NCBI GenBank assembly: GCA_045598385.1
Contig: JAZLLY010000016.1
Span: forward strand, 210,000-273,999
Length of the DNA: 64,000 bases
Direction: 5' to 3'
Source of the DNA: Eubacteriales bacterium
Lineage (GTDB): Bacteria; Bacillota; Clostridia; Oscillospirales; CAG-272
The position numbers and the translations under genes are program-made. The notes below the pieces were generated by a model. It had not been told where the DNA came from. It did no database searches and was given only the letters and a program-made list of their open reading frames with translations. Shown in pieces: positions 27,868 through 38,261 of this stretch (its first letter is position 1; each line of letters starts with the position of its first letter).

Positions 27868-28842
27868 ATGAAAAGATTTTTATCAATTTTGTGTTTAACG
27901 CTCCTTATTTTCACACTTTTGTTTACATCTGTGACCGCAGAAGATGCAAAAAACGTCTCGTTTCGCTGGCTTGACGATGAATATCAAAGGATCACGGACG
28001 GGGTAAATACCTACGAAGCACACTATCTGAAGCCCGGTTTTTTCCTGCGTCCGCTCTCGGTCTTCCGCTACGCCGATCCCCCGCTTCTCGACTGGTCAAC
28101 GATAGAATCTTACGAAATGGGAGGCGGCATCCTCTGGCGGTACCCGGATGTTATCTACACGACTGACGACGCTTATGAAGCCCTCTGCCGCTTCACGGAA
28201 GAACTCCGGGTATCGCGTTACGTGCTGACAAGCGAACAATATATGCACTCTTTCCCCTACACCGTTGACGATTTCACGCTCACCGCCGAAGAGGTCAAAG
28301 GATTTGACGATCTCGCAAAAACGAAAACGCTCGACGTTTCGGAACTTTTCGATGCCGCCTATCTTCGCATTTACGCCTACGACGAGACGGAATGTATCGT
28401 CCACGTTCACGGTGCTTTTTATGAGACGGAACACGGTATCCTCTATATCAACGAGGACGTGCTCGACAATTCGTATTTCAACGCCGACGGAGAGTTTTCT
28501 TTCCGCTCCGTTCCCGGCTATGAAAAGACCGTTACCGGTGCGCTTCTTTCCGAAGAGGAGGAAGCCGATCTTCGTACAATCGCCGCCGACCGTATGTATT
28601 CTCACGAAATCCCGACAACGTATGAAAATGAAAACGAAATCGAGCCCTACGAGCGCGAGAACCGTCTCTTTGACGCCTACCGCGTCGGCTTCGGCTACGT
28701 ACTGCCCGCCTTCGTCCTCGCCCTTTCCGTCTTTTTCTTCTTCCGGACGAACGATAAAAAAGAGCGCATCCGCCGTGCCATCCCTGCCGGACTCTCTCTT
28801 TTGTGGATCGCCCTCAGCATCGTCGGTTCGTCAATGCTGTGA
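27868..28842 (+). CDS. Hypothetical exported protein with C-terminal membrane anchors
   Basis: Signal peptide MKRFLSILCLTLLIFTLLFTSVTA and two C-terminal hydrophobic helices. The ATG follows AAGGAGG. Confidence 0.55.
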   Translation: MKRFLSILCLTLLIFTLLFTSVTAEDAKNVSFRWLDDEYQRITDGVNTYEAHYLKPGFFLRPLSVFRYADPPLLDWSTIESYEMGGGILWRYPDVIYTTDDAYEALCRFTEELRVSRYVLTSEQYMHSFPYTVDDFTLTAEEVKGFDDLAKTKTLDVSELFDAAYLRIYAYDETECIVHVHGAFYETEHGILYINEDVLDNSYFNADGEFSFRSVPGYEKTVTGALLSEEEEADLRTIAADRMYSHEIPTTYENENEIEPYERENRLFDAYRVGFGYVLPAFVLALSVFFFFRTNDKKERIRRAIPAGLSLLWIALSIVGSSML

Positions 28843-28875
28843 CGCCGCTGACACGCATTTCTTTATACTATGACG

Positions 28876-28908
28876 CAAAAAACCGACGGGTTCAACCGTC
28901 GGTTTTTT
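28876..28908 (+). terminator. Rho-independent terminator
   Basis: AAAAAACCGACGG-gttcaa-CCGTCGGTTTTTT. Confidence 0.8.
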
Positions 28909-28988
28909 GCTTTTCGATTTGATTTTTCGGCTTTACGTTCTTCGTTCATCTGACTTTGGTTTTTGGTGTTTCGCTTTACGATTTTCGC

Positions 28989-29924
28989 TTATTTGACTTT
29001 GAGTTCCTTTTTTACTTTGCTTTTCGAGGGTTCGCTTACGGGATCACAGAGGACTCTCGCGCCGTCTTTGTCCGGAACGAGCGGTCTGACCTGCCAACCG
29101 TGAGATAAGCCGGAAAGTCGTTTTTTCATGTTTTTGGGGAACGAGGGGTCACGGTAGATCGCCATAAGCGTGGAACCGCTCCCGCTGATGAAGAACGCGT
29201 CCGCGCCCTCGGCTCTTGCCGCCGCTTCGACTTCGTCGAACTCATAGATCAGAGATTTTCTGTACGGTTCGTGAAGTCTGTCCCGCAAAGACGCGTCAAT
29301 CAGTTCCGCGTTACCCGTGCGCAGAGCGTAAAGCAAAGCGGCGACGTGAGAGATGTTGAACACGGCATCGGCGTAGGACACCGTCTTCGGGAGAACGGCG
29401 CGGGCGTCCCGCGTTTTCGTCTCGAAGTCGGGAATAAAAGCACAGAAACGGTAGGTGTTTTTGATCTCGCAGGGAATGACGACGGGCTTTCCGTCCGACA
29501 TAAACGCCGCCGTCATACCGCCGTAGATGGCGGGCGCGACGTTGTCGGGATGTCCCTCAAGTTCGGTCGCGATCAAAAGTTTTTCTTCTTTCGTGAGTTC
29601 CAGGGAAAGAAGCGCGTCGGCGGCGAAAATACCCCCGACGAAAAGCGTGGAGGAGGAACCGAGCCCGCGCGAAACGGGGACTTCTCCGCTGATCGTAAGA
29701 CGGACGGCAGGAGCGCTGACGCCGCGGAACTCACAGGCGCGCCGGAACGCGACGAGCGCGAGATTGTCTTCCCCGGCATAGGCGGGATCACAACCGATGA
29801 CCGTCGTTTTTTCGGCGATCTCAAAAATGAATTCATTATAGACGGAAAGCGCGATCCCGAGAGAATCGAAACCGGGCCCGATGTTCGCGGAGGAACCCGG
29901 GACTCTGATTTTGACAGCGTTCAT
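28989..29924 (-). CDS. thrB: Homoserine kinase
   Basis: GHMP kinase motif PVSRGLGSSS plus GHPDNVAPA. It overlaps thrC in an operon. Confidence 0.9.
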   Translation of the reverse strand: MNAVKIRVPGSSANIGPGFDSLGIALSVYNEFIFEIAEKTTVIGCDPAYAGEDNLALVAFRRACEFRGVSAPAVRLTISGEVPVSRGLGSSSTLFVGGIFAADALLSLELTKEEKLLIATELEGHPDNVAPAIYGGMTAAFMSDGKPVVIPCEIKNTYRFCAFIPDFETKTRDARAVLPKTVSYADAVFNISHVAALLYALRTGNAELIDASLRDRLHEPYRKSLIYEFDEVEAAARAEGADAFFISGSGSTLMAIYRDPSFPKNMKKRLSGLSHGWQVRPLVPDKDGARVLCDPVSEPSKSKVKKELKVK

Positions 29925-31381
29925 AAGGTCGCCGCCTTTCCCGCTACGTACGACGGCATACCGTCGATCGCGATCACGTCTTTATGCACTTCGTCGGCGG
30001 TCAGCGCCGAGAATAGGGATTTCGGAATCGGAGTGCCCGTGACTTCGTGGAGCGTCTGCATATTCACGGTCTCATCCTCCGATACAGGAAGCCCCAGAGC
30101 CGGCAGAACGGCACGGGAAAACTTATACGGCGAAGCGGTCGAGAGGATCACGGTCACGGCGTCATCCTTTTGCGAAGAATTCATGAATTTCTCATACACC
30201 GCGTATCCGACGGCGGTATGAGGATCCATGACATAATGGTATTTTTCAAAGACTTTGCGTATCATGAGAGCGGATTCCTTGTCATCCGCGTTGGCACCGA
30301 AGAACTCGCTCTGAAGTTTAGAGAGCGACGCGGCGTCGAGCTCGTAACGTCCCGTTTTTCTGAGACTTTCCATATATTCCGCCGTTTTTTCGGGACCGAC
30401 GGTAAGGGAGATCAGTCTTTCGAGATTGGAAGAAATGAGAATATCCATCGACGCGGACGCCGAAAGATGGAAAGGACGGTTTTTGTCGTAAACGCCGGTC
30501 TCAAAAAAATCGGTCAGGACGCGGTTCACGTTGGAGGCACAGATGAGCCGTCCGACGGGAAGACCCATCTTCTTGGCAAAATATCCGGCGAGAATGTCGC
30601 CGAAATTGCCCGTGGGAACGACGAAGTTGACACGGTCGCCCATTTTGATTTTCCCGTTTTTCAAAAGGTCGCGGTAAGATTTGAAATAATAAGCGATCTG
30701 CGGCGCGAGACGCCCGATATTGATGGAATTGGCACTCGAAAAACGAACGCCGGGAACCTTTGGTTGATCGGCAAAAATATTCTTGACGCCGGTCTGCGCG
30801 TCATCAAAATTGCCTTTCACGGCAGCGACGGCGGTATTCTTTCCGGGACAGGCCACCATCTGTTTTCTCTGCATCGGGCTGACGCCTCCGTGCGGGTAGA
30901 AAACGACGATCTTCGTGCCCGGGACATCCGAAAACCCGAACAGCGCCGCCGAGCCGGTATCGCCGCTCGTCGCGGTCAGAATACAGATATCCTCGCGGAT
31001 GCCGAGTTTTTTCGCCGACAGACGCAAAAGATGCGGAAGCAGGCAGAGCGCCACGTCCTTGAACGCACAGGTCGGACCGTGGAACAGTTCCATGAGATAG
31101 GCGTCGCCGACCTGCGCGAGCGGTGAAATATCCCCGTTCTCGAAGTTCTCGGCGTACGCGCTCCGGATCGCGCCCCGCAGTTCTTCCTCGGAAAACTCGT
31201 CAAAAAGCAAAGCGAGGGTTTCAAAGGAAACGTCCTCGTCGCTCATCCCGGGCAGACGTTCCATCGGAAAGGACGGAAACGACGCCGGCAGATACAGTCC
31301 GCCGTCTTTGGCGATACCCTCGGTGATCGCCGTCGGGGCGTCAACCGTTTTTTCATAATTTCTCGTGCTGAAAAACTGCAT
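29921..31381 (-). CDS. thrC: Threonine synthase
   Basis: PLP-lysine motif FHGPTCAFKDVAL. 486 aa. Confidence 0.9.
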   Translation of the reverse strand: MQFFSTRNYEKTVDAPTAITEGIAKDGGLYLPASFPSFPMERLPGMSDEDVSFETLALLFDEFSEEELRGAIRSAYAENFENGDISPLAQVGDAYLMELFHGPTCAFKDVALCLLPHLLRLSAKKLGIREDICILTATSGDTGSAALFGFSDVPGTKIVVFYPHGGVSPMQRKQMVACPGKNTAVAAVKGNFDDAQTGVKNIFADQPKVPGVRFSSANSINIGRLAPQIAYYFKSYRDLLKNGKIKMGDRVNFVVPTGNFGDILAGYFAKKMGLPVGRLICASNVNRVLTDFFETGVYDKNRPFHLSASASMDILISSNLERLISLTVGPEKTAEYMESLRKTGRYELDAASLSKLQSEFFGANADDKESALMIRKVFEKYHYVMDPHTAVGYAVYEKFMNSSQKDDAVTVILSTASPYKFSRAVLPALGLPVSEDETVNMQTLHEVTGTPIPKSLFSALTADEVHKDVIAIDGMPSYVAGKAATL

Positions 31382-31491
31382 TTTTTGGCATTCCTCTATT
31401 GATTTTCTTGCGCGTATGTGTTATACTTTTTCATTATACATCACTTTTGTCCCGATTGCAATATTTTTCGTCGGGAAAAAACGGAGTCAGC

Positions 31492-32637
31492 ATGAAAAAG
31501 ATCGCAATTTTAGGTTTCGGTGTCGTCGGCAGAGGCGCCTACGAAACGGTCGCGGCACACCCTCTTTCCGGTATCGCCGTCAAAAAAGTTCTCGACATCC
31601 GCGTTCCCACGGGGTTTGAGGACGTCGTGACCACCGACTATCAGCAGATCCTCACCGATCCCGAGATCGAAATCGTCGCGGAAGCGATCGGCGGCCTCCA
31701 CCCGGCGTACGAATTCGTGACGGCGGCGATGAAAGCCGGAAAAAGCGTCGTCACGGCGAATAAGCATCTCGTCTGCACGTTCTACCGCGAACTGCACACA
31801 CTCGCCGAAGAGTCCGGCGTCGAGTTCCGCTATACCCCCGCCGTCGGCGGCGGCATTCCCTGGCTCTACAACCTGCGCCGTATCATCCGTCTCGACGAAG
31901 TATCTTCTTTATCGGGAATCATGAACGGTACGACCAATTATATTCTCGACGGCATGACGCACAGGGGCGCGGAGTTCTCTTCCGCACTTTCGGAGGCGCA
32001 GAGGCTCGGTTACGCCGAGGCGGATCCCTCCGCCGACATCGACGGTCTCGACGTCAGACGCAAATGCGCGATCTCCGCTTCCGTCGCTTTCGGCGCCGTG
32101 CTCACGGAAGACGACGTGCCGACCTTCGGTATCCGTCATATTCTGAAAGCCGATACCGACCGCTTTTCTTCGATGGGCTACGTCTGTAAACTGCTCGCGA
32201 CCGCCGAAAAAATCGGCGACCGGGTGACCGCCTACGTCGAGCCGACCTTGCTTTCCAAGGATTCCGAGACCGCCGCCGTCGGCAGTAATTTCAACATCAT
32301 CACGGTGGAAGCCAAACGCGTCGGACGCCTCTCCTTCATCGGACAGGGCGCCGGAAAAGATCCGACGGGCATGGCGCTCGCCGAGGACTGCCTCGACATT
32401 GCCGAAAAGTCCGCCGTCACGAAGACGGTGCTCGGTGACGTAAAGATCAGTCACGACTTGAAAAAGCACCCGTATTACGTGCGTACCGGAGCGGCGCTCG
32501 CCGACGAGTATATCAGTCACCGTCTCGACGGCGCGTATATCACCGTCCCTCTCACCGTCGAAAAGATCCATCATATCATAAAAGAAGTAGAAAAGAAAGA
32601 TCCCGCCCCGTTCGTCGCGGGTATTCCGGAGGAGTAA
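31492..32637 (+). CDS. hom: Homoserine dehydrogenase
   Basis: NAD-binding ILGFGVVGRG at the N-terminus. The catalytic-domain motifs NGTTNYIL and GYAEADPSADIDG are present. Confidence 0.85.
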   Translation: MKKIAILGFGVVGRGAYETVAAHPLSGIAVKKVLDIRVPTGFEDVVTTDYQQILTDPEIEIVAEAIGGLHPAYEFVTAAMKAGKSVVTANKHLVCTFYRELHTLAEESGVEFRYTPAVGGGIPWLYNLRRIIRLDEVSSLSGIMNGTTNYILDGMTHRGAEFSSALSEAQRLGYAEADPSADIDGLDVRRKCAISASVAFGAVLTEDDVPTFGIRHILKADTDRFSSMGYVCKLLATAEKIGDRVTAYVEPTLLSKDSETAAVGSNFNIITVEAKRVGRLSFIGQGAGKDPTGMALAEDCLDIAEKSAVTKTVLGDVKISHDLKKHPYYVRTGAALADEYISHRLDGAYITVPLTVEKIHHIIKEVEKKDPAPFVAGIPEE

Positions 32638-32640
32638 AAT

Positions 32641-33957
32641 ATGAAAGTTGTCAAATTCGGCGGTTCGTCTCTTGCCGATGCCGAAAATTTCCGCCGTGTC
32701 AAGGATATCGTCACGGGTGACGGCGAAAGGTCCGTCATCGTCGTTTCCGCGCCCGGCAAACGTTTTGACGGCGATACGAAGGTCACCGATCTTCTCTATA
32801 TCTGTCACGCCCATCTGACGTATAAAGTCGGTTTCGACGATATTTTCGCGGACATCGCGAAACGCTATACGGACATTGCCGAAGGGTGCGGGCTGTCCGA
32901 CAATATCAAGGATGTTCTGTCCGAAGTCAGGAGCGGTATGACGCGGCAGTCCTCCGTGGACGAGATCGTTTCCCGCGGAGAATATATGAACGCCCGTCTG
33001 ATGGCGGAATATCTCGGCTACGATTTTATCGACGCCAAGGATTGGCTGTTCTTCGGTTTTGACGGCAAGGTCGATTACGACAAGACCTACGCCGCGCTCA
33101 AAGAGATCTCGCTCTCTCACCCGAAAATGGTGCTCCCCGGCTTTTACGGCGTTCTGCCCGACGGGAAGATCCACACGTTCTCGCGGGGCGGTTCCGACGT
33201 CACGGGCGCTATTGCCGCCGCCGCGCTCTCTGCCGAGTGCTATGAAAACTTTACCGACGTCAGCGGTATCCTGATGGCGGATCCGAGGATCGTGAACGAT
33301 CCGAAGCCGATCCAGCGGATCACCTTCAACGAACTGCGCGAACTTTCCTACATGGGCGCCGAGGTCCTCCACGAAGAGACCGTCTTCCCCGTCCGTCAGG
33401 CAAACATTCCGCTCTATATCAAAAACACGAGAGATCCCGCCGCCAAAGGAACGCTCATCATGGAGAGTTTCCCCGACGAGATCGAGGAAGAGCGTCAGCG
33501 CTTCATCACCGGTATCACCGGCAAAAAGCACTACTCCATCGTGACGATCTCCAAAAACCGTATGACCGAGGATCCGTCCTTTATCCGCCGCGTTCTGCAG
33601 ATCACGGAAAAGCATCACATTCCCGTGGAGCATATCCCGAGCAGTATCGACAGTTTCAGTCTCGTCATCGCCACGAAGTACCTGACCGGCAATCTGCACA
33701 CGCTTCTCTCGGACATTGAAGAAGCGACGAACCCCGACAGTATCAAGGTCTGTGACGGCGTTTCCCTGATTGCCGTCGTCGGTCGCCGTATGGCGGCGAA
33801 TACCGGTGTTTCCGGGCAGATCTTCGCGACGCTCGGTCTGAACGGCATCAATATCCGTATGATCGAGCAGGGCTCCGACGAGATCAATATCATCATCGGC
33901 GTCATGGACGCGGACTTTTCCACCGCGATCCGCACGCTTTACGAAAGTTTCACTTAA
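32641..33957 (+). CDS. Aspartate kinase
   Basis: N-terminal VVKFGGSSLAD, followed by SRGGSDVTGA and C-terminal ACT-like repeats. Confidence 0.9.
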   Translation: MKVVKFGGSSLADAENFRRVKDIVTGDGERSVIVVSAPGKRFDGDTKVTDLLYICHAHLTYKVGFDDIFADIAKRYTDIAEGCGLSDNIKDVLSEVRSGMTRQSSVDEIVSRGEYMNARLMAEYLGYDFIDAKDWLFFGFDGKVDYDKTYAALKEISLSHPKMVLPGFYGVLPDGKIHTFSRGGSDVTGAIAAAALSAECYENFTDVSGILMADPRIVNDPKPIQRITFNELRELSYMGAEVLHEETVFPVRQANIPLYIKNTRDPAAKGTLIMESFPDEIEEERQRFITGITGKKHYSIVTISKNRMTEDPSFIRRVLQITEKHHIPVEHIPSSIDSFSLVIATKYLTGNLHTLLSDIEEATNPDSIKVCDGVSLIAVVGRRMAANTGVSGQIFATLGLNGINIRMIEQGSDEINIIIGVMDADFSTAIRTLYESFT

Positions 33958-33969
33958 GAGGTAGAAAAT

Positions 33970-34974
33970 ATGAAAACCTACAACGTTGCCATTCTCGGTG
34001 CCACCGGCGAAGTCGGGCGCGAGATGCTCAAAATCCTTGAGGAGCGCAATTTTCCCGTCGGAGAACTCCGTCTTCTGGCTTCCGCGAGAAGCGTCGGAAA
34101 AGTGATGTCTTTTTGCGACCGTAAAATCACGGTGGAAGAAGCGACGGAAAAATCCTTTGACGGTATGAATATCGTCCTCGGCGCCGCTTCCAACGACCTT
34201 GCCAAAAAATTCGCACCTTTCATCACCGCGGCGGGCGCCGTATTCGTTGACAACTCCTCGGCGTTCCGTATGAATCCCGAAGTTCCGCTCGTCATTCCCG
34301 AGATCAACGCCGCCGACGTCAAAAACCATAAGGGCATCATCTCCAACCCCAACTGCTCCACCATCATCACGCTGATGGCGGTCAAAGGAATCGGAAAACT
34401 CTCAAAGATCAAGGCGATGCACGCCGCTACCTATCAGGCGGTCAGCGGTGCCGGTGCCGGAGGCCCCATCGAGCTGCGCGCGCAGAACGAAGCGCTCGTC
34501 AACGGCGGTTTCATCGAATGCAAGACTTTCCCTTATCAGATCGCGCAGAACCTCATCCCGCAGATCGGTTCTTTCCTGGAAAACGGTTATACGACCGAGG
34601 AAATGAAAATGCAGAACGAGGGACGCAAGATCTTCCACAATGAAGACCTCAAAGTCACCTGCACCTGCGTGCGCGTTCCCGTCGTGCGCTCTCACTCGAT
34701 CGCCGTCAGCGTTTATACCGAGGACGTCCTTTCGGTCGAAGCCGTCAAGGACGCGATCGCCAAGGAAGCCGGCTGTCGTCTCGTTGACGAGCCCGAAAAC
34801 AAAAAATACCCGATGCCGCTCGACACTTCCGATCAGGATATCGTCTTCGTCGGCAGGATCCGCCGGGATCTTCTGCTCGAAAACGGCATCACCCTCTTCT
34901 GCTGCGGCGACCAGGTCAGAAAAGGCGCGGCAACCAACGCCGTTCAGATCGCCGAAGAAGTCATCCGTCTTTGA
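33970..34974 (+). CDS. asd: Aspartate-semialdehyde dehydrogenase
   Basis: N-terminal ILGATGEVG, active-site ISNPNCSTI, and the QAVSGAG motif. Confidence 0.95.
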   Translation: MKTYNVAILGATGEVGREMLKILEERNFPVGELRLLASARSVGKVMSFCDRKITVEEATEKSFDGMNIVLGAASNDLAKKFAPFITAAGAVFVDNSSAFRMNPEVPLVIPEINAADVKNHKGIISNPNCSTIITLMAVKGIGKLSKIKAMHAATYQAVSGAGAGGPIELRAQNEALVNGGFIECKTFPYQIAQNLIPQIGSFLENGYTTEEMKMQNEGRKIFHNEDLKVTCTCVRVPVVRSHSIAVSVYTEDVLSVEAVKDAIAKEAGCRLVDEPENKKYPMPLDTSDQDIVFVGRIRRDLLLENGITLFCCGDQVRKGAATNAVQIAEEVIRL

Positions 34975-34999
34975 TTTTCCTTAAAGGCAGGACGTTTTC

Positions 35000-36007
35000 A
35001 TGAAAAAAGAATCTTTCGGAAAACTGCCGACCGGCGAAGCCGTCGATCTCTATACGATCGAAAACGAGGTCGCCAGTCTTTCCGTTATGACCAGAGGCGC
35101 CGTTATCGTTTCTTTTAAGATAAAGGGACGCGATATCATCGGCGGTTACGACACGCTCGACTCGTATCTTGCCGACGTGGACAGCCACCACGGCGGTCTG
35201 ATCGGTCGCGTCGCAAACCGGATCGGAAACGCGGCGTTCGAGATGGACGGCGTCACGTATCACGTACCGAAAAACGAGGGCGAAAACTGCCTGCACGGCG
35301 GCGTCGGCTTCGATCAGAGGATCTTTACCCTCTCGGAGTTGCGCGAGGACAGGATCTGCATGACATATCTTTCAAAAGGCGGCGAAGAGGGCTTCCCCGC
35401 CGATCTCTTCGTGGAGATCACCTACCGCCTCGAGGGGACGAGTCTGCTGCTCGATTACACGGCAAAGCCGAACGGAAAGACCCCCGTCGCCCTGACCAAT
35501 CACGCGTACTTCAATCTCAACGGATTCGGAGAATCCGCCATGTCGCACAGGATCCGCATCCTCGCCGATGCTTATACCGCGGTGGATGACGAACTGATCC
35601 CGACGGGCGAACGTCCCGCCGTCCGCGGAACACCGTTCGATCTCAACGAACTGCGAGAGATCGGCACGCTTCCCGACGGTTCTTCTTTCTGCTACGACCA
35701 TAATTTCATCCTGTCGCGCAGGATTTATGAAAACGTGATGGGCTACGATCTCGCGCTCGCCGCGGAGGTCGTAGGAGACGATCTGCGGATGACGGTCTAT
35801 ACCGATCAGCCCGGCGTCCAGTTCTATACCGCGAATCACTTCGGAGACGGTCCCGATTTTCACGGCGGAAAAAAGTCCGTGAAATACGGCGCTTTCTGTC
35901 TCGAAACGCAAACCGAGCCGGACTCTGTCCGTCACGGCGTCGGATTCACCGACAAAGACGGCATCTACCGCCATACCACGGTTTACAAAATAGACTTTGA
36001 AAAATGA
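35000..36007 (+). CDS. Aldose 1-epimerase (galactose mutarotase family)
   Basis: The motifs GRVANRI, NCLHGG and ALTNHAYFNL are typical of mutarotases. Confidence 0.85.
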   Translation: MKKESFGKLPTGEAVDLYTIENEVASLSVMTRGAVIVSFKIKGRDIIGGYDTLDSYLADVDSHHGGLIGRVANRIGNAAFEMDGVTYHVPKNEGENCLHGGVGFDQRIFTLSELREDRICMTYLSKGGEEGFPADLFVEITYRLEGTSLLLDYTAKPNGKTPVALTNHAYFNLNGFGESAMSHRIRILADAYTAVDDELIPTGERPAVRGTPFDLNELREIGTLPDGSSFCYDHNFILSRRIYENVMGYDLALAAEVVGDDLRMTVYTDQPGVQFYTANHFGDGPDFHGGKKSVKYGAFCLETQTEPDSVRHGVGFTDKDGIYRHTTVYKIDFEK

Positions 36008-36014
36008 GGAGCTT

Positions 36015-37235
36015 ATGAAAATTTACGAAGAACTCGTCGCGCGCGGACTGATCGCCCAGGTGACGAACGAAGAAGAGATCCGCACCATGATCAACGAGGG
36101 CAAAGCCACCTTTTACATCGGCTTTGACTGCACCGCCGACAGTCTGACGGCAGGTCACTTTATGGCTCTGACGCTGATGAAACGTCTGCAAATGGCAGGC
36201 AATAAACCGATCGCCCTGATCGGCGGCGGCACGACCATGATCGGCGACCCCTCCGGCAGAACGGATATGCGCAAGATGCTGACCAAAGAGGACATCGCAC
36301 ACAACGCCGACTGCTTCAAAAAGCAGATGGAACGCTTCATCGAATTCGGCGACGGAAAAGCCATGATGATCAACAACGCCGACTGGCTTTTGAATCTCAA
36401 CTACGTGGAACTGCTCAGAGACGTCGGCCCCTGCTTCTCGGTCAACAATATGCTCCGCGCCGAGTGCTATAAGCAAAGGATGGAAAAAGGACTTTCCTTC
36501 CTCGAATTCAACTACATGATCATGCAGTCTTACGACTTCTACTATCTTTTCAAGAACTACGGCTGTAATATGCAGTTCGGCGGCGACGGCCAGTGGAGCA
36601 ATATGCTCGGCGGGACCCGACTGATCCGCAAGATGCTCGGAAAAGACGCGCACGCCATGACGATCACCCTGCTCACCGACTCGAACGGTAAGAAGATGGG
36701 CAAGACCGCCGGAAACGCCGTCTGGCTCGATCCGAACAAGACGTCGCCTTACGATTTTTATCAGTACTGGCGCAACGTGGACGACACCGACGTCATGAAA
36801 TGCATCCGTATGCTGACGTTTTTGCCCCTCGATGTGATCGACGAAATGGACAAGTACGAGGGCGCGAAACTCAACGAAGCCAAAGAGATCCTCGCCTTTG
36901 AACTGACCAAGATGGTCCACGGTGAAGAAAAAGCGGAAAAAGCCAAAGCAGCGGCACGCGCCCTCTTCTCGGGCGGATCCTCCGACCTGACGCCCGCCGT
37001 CACCCTTTCCGAGGCAGACCTTTCGGACGGCGTGATCGACGTCAACTCGCTTCTCGTCCTCGGAAAACTCGTCGCTTCCCGTTCCGACGGCAGACGCGCC
37101 ATCGAACAGGGCGGCGTCACGGTGGACGACGAAAAGATCCTTAACGTCAAAGCGACCGTAACGAAAGAACAACTCGCCGCCGGCGTCCTCGTCAAACGCG
37201 GCAAAAAGAGTTTTGCCAAATTCATTCTCGGTTGA
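36015..37235 (+). CDS. tyrS: Tyrosine--tRNA ligase
   Basis: HIGH-region variant (TADSLTAGHF), KMSKS variant (KKMGKTAG) and a C-terminal S4-like domain. The ATG at 36015 follows GAGGA. Only about 8 nt separate it from the upstream stop. Confidence 0.9.
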   Translation: MKIYEELVARGLIAQVTNEEEIRTMINEGKATFYIGFDCTADSLTAGHFMALTLMKRLQMAGNKPIALIGGGTTMIGDPSGRTDMRKMLTKEDIAHNADCFKKQMERFIEFGDGKAMMINNADWLLNLNYVELLRDVGPCFSVNNMLRAECYKQRMEKGLSFLEFNYMIMQSYDFYYLFKNYGCNMQFGGDGQWSNMLGGTRLIRKMLGKDAHAMTITLLTDSNGKKMGKTAGNAVWLDPNKTSPYDFYQYWRNVDDTDVMKCIRMLTFLPLDVIDEMDKYEGAKLNEAKEILAFELTKMVHGEEKAEKAKAAARALFSGGSSDLTPAVTLSEADLSDGVIDVNSLLVLGKLVASRSDGRRAIEQGGVTVDDEKILNVKATVTKEQLAAGVLVKRGKKSFAKFILG

Positions 37236-37245
37236 CCGACCTATC

Positions 37246-37282
37246 AAAAAACGGCTTTTGCACCCGCAAGAGCCGTTTTTTT
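37246..37282 (+). terminator. Rho-independent terminator after tyrS
   Basis: AACGGCTTTTGC-accc-GCAAGAGCCGTT followed by TTTTTT. Confidence 0.75.
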
Positions 37283-37346
37283 GTGTATAAAACATCTTTT
37301 CTCCGACAAGACTAACAGCAGTATTTTTAGGAGAAAGGAAAAAGTC

Positions 37347-38075
37347 ATGGAAAACCAAAGCAAAAGATTCTCATTCAGTGAAAAACCTCTTACGACAAAA
37401 ATTGTTTACGCCGTCGTTTTGCTAACATTAGTTGTCAGTGCGATCGTCATCGGTATCGTTGCCGCCAAGAACAAGAACGCGACACCCGCGAGCGGCGATA
37501 AAAATATCGTTATGGAAGCACCGGATCCCGGCACCGACTCCGGCACCGATTCCGGCAAAAGCGGTAACACCGACACAGAACCCGGCACGGATGAAAAAGA
37601 ACAGAACAAAGAAACTCTTTCTTTTGTATCTCCCTGCGTCGGAACGATCATGACGGAACACAGTCTTACCGTCCCCGTTTTCTCGGATACGCTCGGCGAA
37701 TGGCGCGTTCACAGCGGCATTGACATTGCCACCGAGGACGGCGCACCCGTTTACGCCTCGGCGGCAGGCGTCGTCTCCGCCGTTTACAGCGATCCTCTTA
37801 TGGGAATGACGGTGGAGATCACGCACAGCAACAACTTCAAGACCGTCTATTCCAACCTGCAATCGACGCTGGCAAGCGCGATCACCGTCGGCGCCGAAGT
37901 CAAAAGCGGTGACCTGATCGGCAACGTCGGCGACACCTCAATCAAAGAACTCGCCGAAGAACCGCACCTGCACTTCGGCATGAAGATCAAGGACGCCGCC
38001 GTCAACCCGCTCGACTACCTCACCGACAGCGCGAAAGAAGCATCCCTCGGTGAAAAAACGGTAGTCTCCGCCTAA
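37347..38075 (+). CDS. M23 family metallopeptidase (membrane anchored)
   Basis: N-terminal TM helix, low-complexity linker, then HSGIDIA and PHLHFGM zinc-ligand motifs. Confidence 0.8.
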   Translation: MENQSKRFSFSEKPLTTKIVYAVVLLTLVVSAIVIGIVAAKNKNATPASGDKNIVMEAPDPGTDSGTDSGKSGNTDTEPGTDEKEQNKETLSFVSPCVGTIMTEHSLTVPVFSDTLGEWRVHSGIDIATEDGAPVYASAAGVVSAVYSDPLMGMTVEITHSNNFKTVYSNLQSTLASAITVGAEVKSGDLIGNVGDTSIKELAEEPHLHFGMKIKDAAVNPLDYLTDSAKEASLGEKTVVSA

Positions 38076-38116
38076 AAGCGCAAGCGCTTGGCGAGAGCAC
38101 TCCGGCGCTCTCGCAG

Positions 38117-38158
38117 TTATGAGTTAAGAGTTCAGAGTTATGAGTTGATGAGTCTTTG
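38117..38158. repeat. Contiguous heptamer repeat AGTTNNG x5 (reverse complement of CATAACT)
   Basis: AGTTATG AGTTAAG AGTTCAG AGTTATG AGTTGATG, preceded by the hairpin GCGAGAGC...GCTCTCGC. Confidence 0.75.
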
Positions 38159-38200
38159 GGAAACAAACCGAAAAACGATCGGGAATGCTAAAAAACAAGT

Positions 38201-38239
38201 CAAACGAAAAGAGCGTGAAATTCACGCTCTTTTCGTTTG
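38201..38239. terminator. 17-bp-stem palindrome between convergent genes (terminator; T-run on the minus-strand side)
   Basis: CAAACGAAAAGAGCGTG-aaatt-CACGCTCTTTTCGTTTG. Confidence 0.7.
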
Positions 38240-38261
38240 CCCGGAACGCAAACCATAACTT

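Noticed and set aside
35946-36014. T-box leaders upstream of tyrS (also checked upstream of metG at 3186-3295).
   Set aside because: tyrS starts about 8 nt after the preceding stop codon, and the metG upstream region is only about 110 nt. Neither leaves room for a ~200-nt T-box, and I saw no specifier/terminator architecture.
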